IMG/VR virus record: IMGVR_UViG_3300047275_000458
Span: 1 to 58,660 of that record
DNA: 58,660 nt
Source of the DNA: a virus
Taxonomy: Duplodnaviria; Caudoviricetes
Reading direction: 5' to 3' (one strand)
Both the position numbers and the translations under genes were made by a program. The notes under the pieces were generated by a model, which saw nothing but the letters and a program-made list of their open reading frames with translations, was not told the DNA's origin and searched no databases. How positions within the stretch are numbered: position 1 is the stretch's first letter; each line of letters starts with the position of its first letter. Below are positions 55,912 through 58,660 of this stretch, piece by piece.

Positions 55912-56101
55912 TTGTGGGTAACTTAGACTTGAAGTTGAGTAGCTCAGATTTTGAGCTAGCAGTCCTTTTACTTGAGGCTTCGCTTCGCATGTCCCGCCAC
56001 GCTAGCAGTCCTATGCCAACGAACACGATGACCACGAACCACACTAATTCTTGCGCGGCCTGCGCGGCAAGCCCTGAGTCATACCAGTAGTTAGTTTTCA
56101 T
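55886..56101 (-). CDS. Small single-TM early protein
   Basis: AAGGAG SD; hydrophobic helix. Confidence 0.55.
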   Translation of the reverse strand: MKTNYWYDSGLAAQAAQELVWFVVIVFVGIGLLAWRDMRSEASSKRTASSKSELLNFKSKLPTSDGDKYEL

Positions 56102-56468
56102 GTGTCATCTCCTTTGGTATCTCAACTTCCTCACCTAACTTGCTTGCTACATAGCACCGCATCGCGGCAACGAGTGGGGTTGGGCCGTCCCGCACAATAC
56201 CTTCAACATTTTCGGCGTACCAATGGTTCCCATACTCCTTCCCGTTGTCATCGACATAATGCGTAGCCCACCACACGCCAATCTTTTCCCGCTCAATGAT
56301 CGGCCCACCATACTCCCAATCTTCTGAGGGGCGATAAACAATTCCATAGTCAAGCATTTGGAGTTTGTCAGAAAAGAACAATAGGTTGCACTCAAACTTA
56401 ACTTCATGCTTCTCGCATTGAGCCACCGCCCAATCCAACTGCACACCGCTTAGTTCACTTGTTTTCAT
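56091..56468 (-). CDS. NinX / DUF2591-like protein
   Basis: L.G..LDWAVA, PS.DW...GPIIERE.I, G.TPL.AAMRC.V...LG. Confidence 0.8.
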   Translation of the reverse strand: MKTSELSGVQLDWAVAQCEKHEVKFECNLLFFSDKLQMLDYGIVYRPSEDWEYGGPIIEREKIGVWWATHYVDDNGKEYGNHWYAENVEGIVRDGPTPLVAAMRCYVASKLGEEVEIPKEMTHEN

Positions 56469-56722
56469 GGTCTGCCCCTGCTATCTACCCATCCCATGCC
56501 AACATAATCGCTAGGATCTTCCCACTCATCGGGCATAGGTATATTGGCTTGCATCTTGGCATCGTGTTCTGCGGCGGCGGCATATGCCGCATCTAGGGCA
56601 TCAATTTCGTTCTCTAGCATTGAGATGTAAATTTCATCCCGCACTCCTGTTGATTGCAGGTCTTTGTATAACTTGTAGGTCTCGAGCAACTCAGCGTCAC
56701 TCATTGTTTTCGGATTTTTCAT
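56465..56722 (-). CDS. Hypothetical early protein
   Basis: GGAGG SD; DYVGMGWV..RGRP. Confidence 0.65.
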   Translation of the reverse strand: MKNPKTMSDAELLETYKLYKDLQSTGVRDEIYISMLENEIDALDAAYAAAAEHDAKMQANIPMPDEWEDPSDYVGMGWVDSRGRP

Positions 56723-56914
56723 TTAGCCCTCCGGTGTGATACACAGAAAGTCTGCTACAGTTTGATCAACATCATGTGTATGGTGTAACGCGCTGAAGTG
56801 GTAGTGCCCATACTGCAAGTCCACGGCGTGCTCCAGTTTGTCAACGAAGTTGTCGAAGTTATCAACATCGAGCGTGATTGTGATAGGTGCGGGGCCCCGC
56901 TTTTTGGTTGTCAT
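56723..56914 (-). CDS. Hypothetical early protein
   Basis: GGAGG SD. Confidence 0.6.
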   Translation of the reverse strand: MTTKKRGPAPITITLDVDNFDNFVDKLEHAVDLQYGHYHFSALHHTHDVDQTVADFLCITPEG

Positions 56915-56916
56915 GG

Positions 56917-57144
56917 TTAACGGCCTCCCTTGTGTGATGAGTTGAGGTTAAGTAACAGACTTTTATCTGTAACGACAATGTAGTTAGACTTGGGCATGGG
57001 GACAATCGTGTGCTTGACTGACTGCGCCTGCTCCTCACCGCATGGCATGCAGGTGTGGTATCCCATTTTCCAACGGAGGTATGGGACTTTGTTGAAGTGG
57101 CAATGTGTGCATAGATACACACGATCTTCTTCGCGTAGTTCCAT
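56917..57144 (-). CDS. Small zinc-finger protein
   Basis: C..C ... R...GY.TC..CGE; TAATG start at 57144. Confidence 0.7.
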   Translation of the reverse strand: MELREEDRVYLCTHCHFNKVPYLRWKMGYHTCMPCGEEQAQSVKHTIVPMPKSNYIVVTDKSLLLNLNSSHKGGR

Positions 57145-57218
57145 TAGAAGTCTCCAAGATAGAGGTAACAGAGACCAACGAAGCCTGCAAGAATGACAAA
57201 TGCATCGAGTAGGGTCAT
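57144..57218 (-). CDS. 24-aa hydrophobic peptide MTLLDAFVILAGFVGLCYLYLGDF
   Basis: GGAG SD, TAATG coupling to the next gene. Confidence 0.55.
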   Translation of the reverse strand: MTLLDAFVILAGFVGLCYLYLGDF

Positions 57219-57548
57219 GGATAATTCTCCGTGTGTTTTGGATAAATAGAATTGGATAAATAGGAAATGCCTTATAGATCAATGGGTTAGCAGATCGAAT
57301 TATCCAAATAGCCTAATTATCCGGGGATTGTAGAGGCCCCCCCTATTGTGCGTGTGATGCGTGCGTATCCTCTCACGCGCATAGTACACACAGAGGTTCT
57401 CTCGGGAGGGGGGTATCTAAAATTATTGGATAACTAGACTAAATAGACTAAATACAAACAACAGAATGGCTACGGCAAGCCGTTTGCGGTATTTATCCAG
57501 TTTTGATGGCTATAGTGGCTATAGTCATTTTGGATAATTGCTGGATAA
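57218..57548. repeat. Cluster of TTATCCA/TGGATAA boxes (candidate origin or protein-binding array)
   Basis: 8 exact heptamers plus 1 variant in ~330 bp, both orientations. Confidence 0.7.
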
Positions 57549-58028
57549 TTAGGCAATCTTTGCCGCCATCTCCCGAACACCTTGGATTAGTTCCACAACT
57601 TGGGTAAGTGTGGCACGCTTAGATGACGGGACTTGGACACCATCTTTCTTGCGGATAACATAGCCCCCATTCTTGGTAAGGGCGAGGTCATTGATCTTAT
57701 CTTGGAATCGTGTTTCCAAGGACTCAAAGGTTGCGCGGTTGGGGATTGATACAGATTCGCCCAATAGACCCGCGATAGCCTCTGCGAGTGGTTGGTAGTT
57801 ACCACGACGCGATGCCGTGGCGATAGACCCCACAGAGAATTGCGCGAGCCCCATGCGAGCGTGTTTGCCCACAGAACCCTTTTGCCCTGCGAGGTATGTG
57901 ATGGCTTCAAAGGTTGCGCCATGCAAGACTGAAACCTTGCGCTCTGTTAAGGTTTTGCCAACGACAAGAGCCGAGGCGGGTGTGTATTGTGCAACTTCGG
58001 TACTATTGTGTGCGAGTGCGACTGACAT
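57549..58028 (-). CDS. Hypothetical early protein
   Basis: GAGGAG SD, 159 aa. Confidence 0.75.
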   Translation of the reverse strand: MSVALAHNSTEVAQYTPASALVVGKTLTERKVSVLHGATFEAITYLAGQKGSVGKHARMGLAQFSVGSIATASRRGNYQPLAEAIAGLLGESVSIPNRATFESLETRFQDKINDLALTKNGGYVIRKKDGVQVPSSKRATLTQVVELIQGVREMAAKIA

Positions 58029-58055
58029 GATTTAACTCCTCAAAGGTTGGTGGAT

Positions 58056-58250
58056 TTAATACATACCGCACAGGGCGCGTTTTGTCCCTGCAATCTCCGC
58101 GTTAACTGACCGCGAAATCGTGAACACCCTAGCACGCCGAACCCGTGCAAGGTGCTTGATAACTTTGACGCTATAACCCGTCTTAGGGTCAAGAGGTTTG
58201 ATGCTTGCAGAACCTTGAATGGTTCCGCGCTTGACTGTGTAAGTTGCCAT
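58056..58250 (-). CDS. Small basic early protein
   Basis: GGAGG SD before ATG 58250. Confidence 0.55.
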   Translation of the reverse strand: MATYTVKRGTIQGSASIKPLDPKTGYSVKVIKHLARVRRARVFTISRSVNAEIAGTKRALCGMY

Positions 58251-58585
58251 GTAAGCCTCCAATGATTGAGCAATTTGATGCACCCTGATAACAAGGCACA
58301 TTAAATTGCCCGTTATTGTTCGCGGGGAAGCCTACTTCGCGCCCGCCTGGATCGCATGACTCGCGGACTAACGCGCCCGAGCCCACTAACACTTATCCCC
58401 TCATCAGCCCCTTTGTCCCCCCGTAGAGGTGCGAACCCGTAGGTATCGCCGACGGCAAGGCTTGCCGGTGTGTTAGCCTATCCACGATTAGCCGTTCGAC
58501 TAACCATGTCCCCCCACTACGCGCTTTTACGAGATCCGTGGGCGATCACGGTAGGGAGATCCTAAGACCCGCGCTGTCTGCGCCT

Positions 58586-58614
58586 ACCCTACACCATACG
58601 GGAAAGTGTGCCAA
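58586..58614 (-). promoter_or_regulatory. Possible leftward early promoter
   Basis: TTGGCA, 17 nt, TAGGGT on the - strand. Confidence 0.4.
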
Positions 58615-58638
58615 ACTTGAGTGTGCTAGGGGGGTAGG

Positions 58639-58660
58639 GGGCTGGACAACAGGGGGGTGG
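58639..58660. repeat. Terminal direct repeat / circular assembly overlap (right copy)
   Basis: Identical to 1-22. Confidence 0.95.

Noticed and set aside
56917-57282. ORF-track 121-aa version of the zinc-finger gene
   Set aside because: The upstream part overlaps the repeat array and a separate SD-led 24-aa ORF; TAATG coupling supports a start at 57144
58315-58410. Hammerhead ribozyme suggested by CTGATGAG on the - strand
   Set aside because: The matching GAAA core and stems I/III could not be built
58596-58613. Sigma54 promoter (TGGCAC on the - strand)
   Set aside because: The -12 position reads CCCG rather than TTGC

Overview
The window looks like a complete, circularly assembled ~58.6 kb tailed dsDNA phage genome: the first and last 22 nt are identical. 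The morphology is probably podovirus-like, since there is no tape measure or sheath and there are large ejection-type proteins. The + strand arm (~0.1-38.8 kb) carries terminase, portal, scaffold, capsid, adaptors, LamG and Gly-rich tail appendages, lysis genes, a metallophosphoesterase, ejection proteins with a 2865-aa polyvalent protein, and a second tail fibre. The - strand arm (~38.9-58.6 kb) carries a primase-helicase, tRNA-fMet, SSB-like protein, SNF2 helicase, HNH, VRR-NUC, exonuclease, family A DNA polymerase, an AAA+/VWA cluster and many small early genes. I recognised no integrase or CI-type repressor. Four signals are not explained by ordinary annotation. (1) Short, very basic ORFs are overprinted in the +1 frame of the portal, endolysin and giant ejection genes, and possibly helicase, primase and polymerase. 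Several have their own Shine-Dalgarno sites, and the portal and endolysin cases show sharply bounded codon distortion in the host gene. (2) A candidate ~80-nt anti-RBS small RNA at the convergence point is 14/14 complementary to the AAA+ ATPase ribosome-binding site. (3) A triple-repeated RNA internal-loop motif lies in the scaffold 5' leader. (4) An array of TTATCCA (DnaA-box-like) sites lies in the early region. All family assignments are from motif recognition by eye; no database searches were run.
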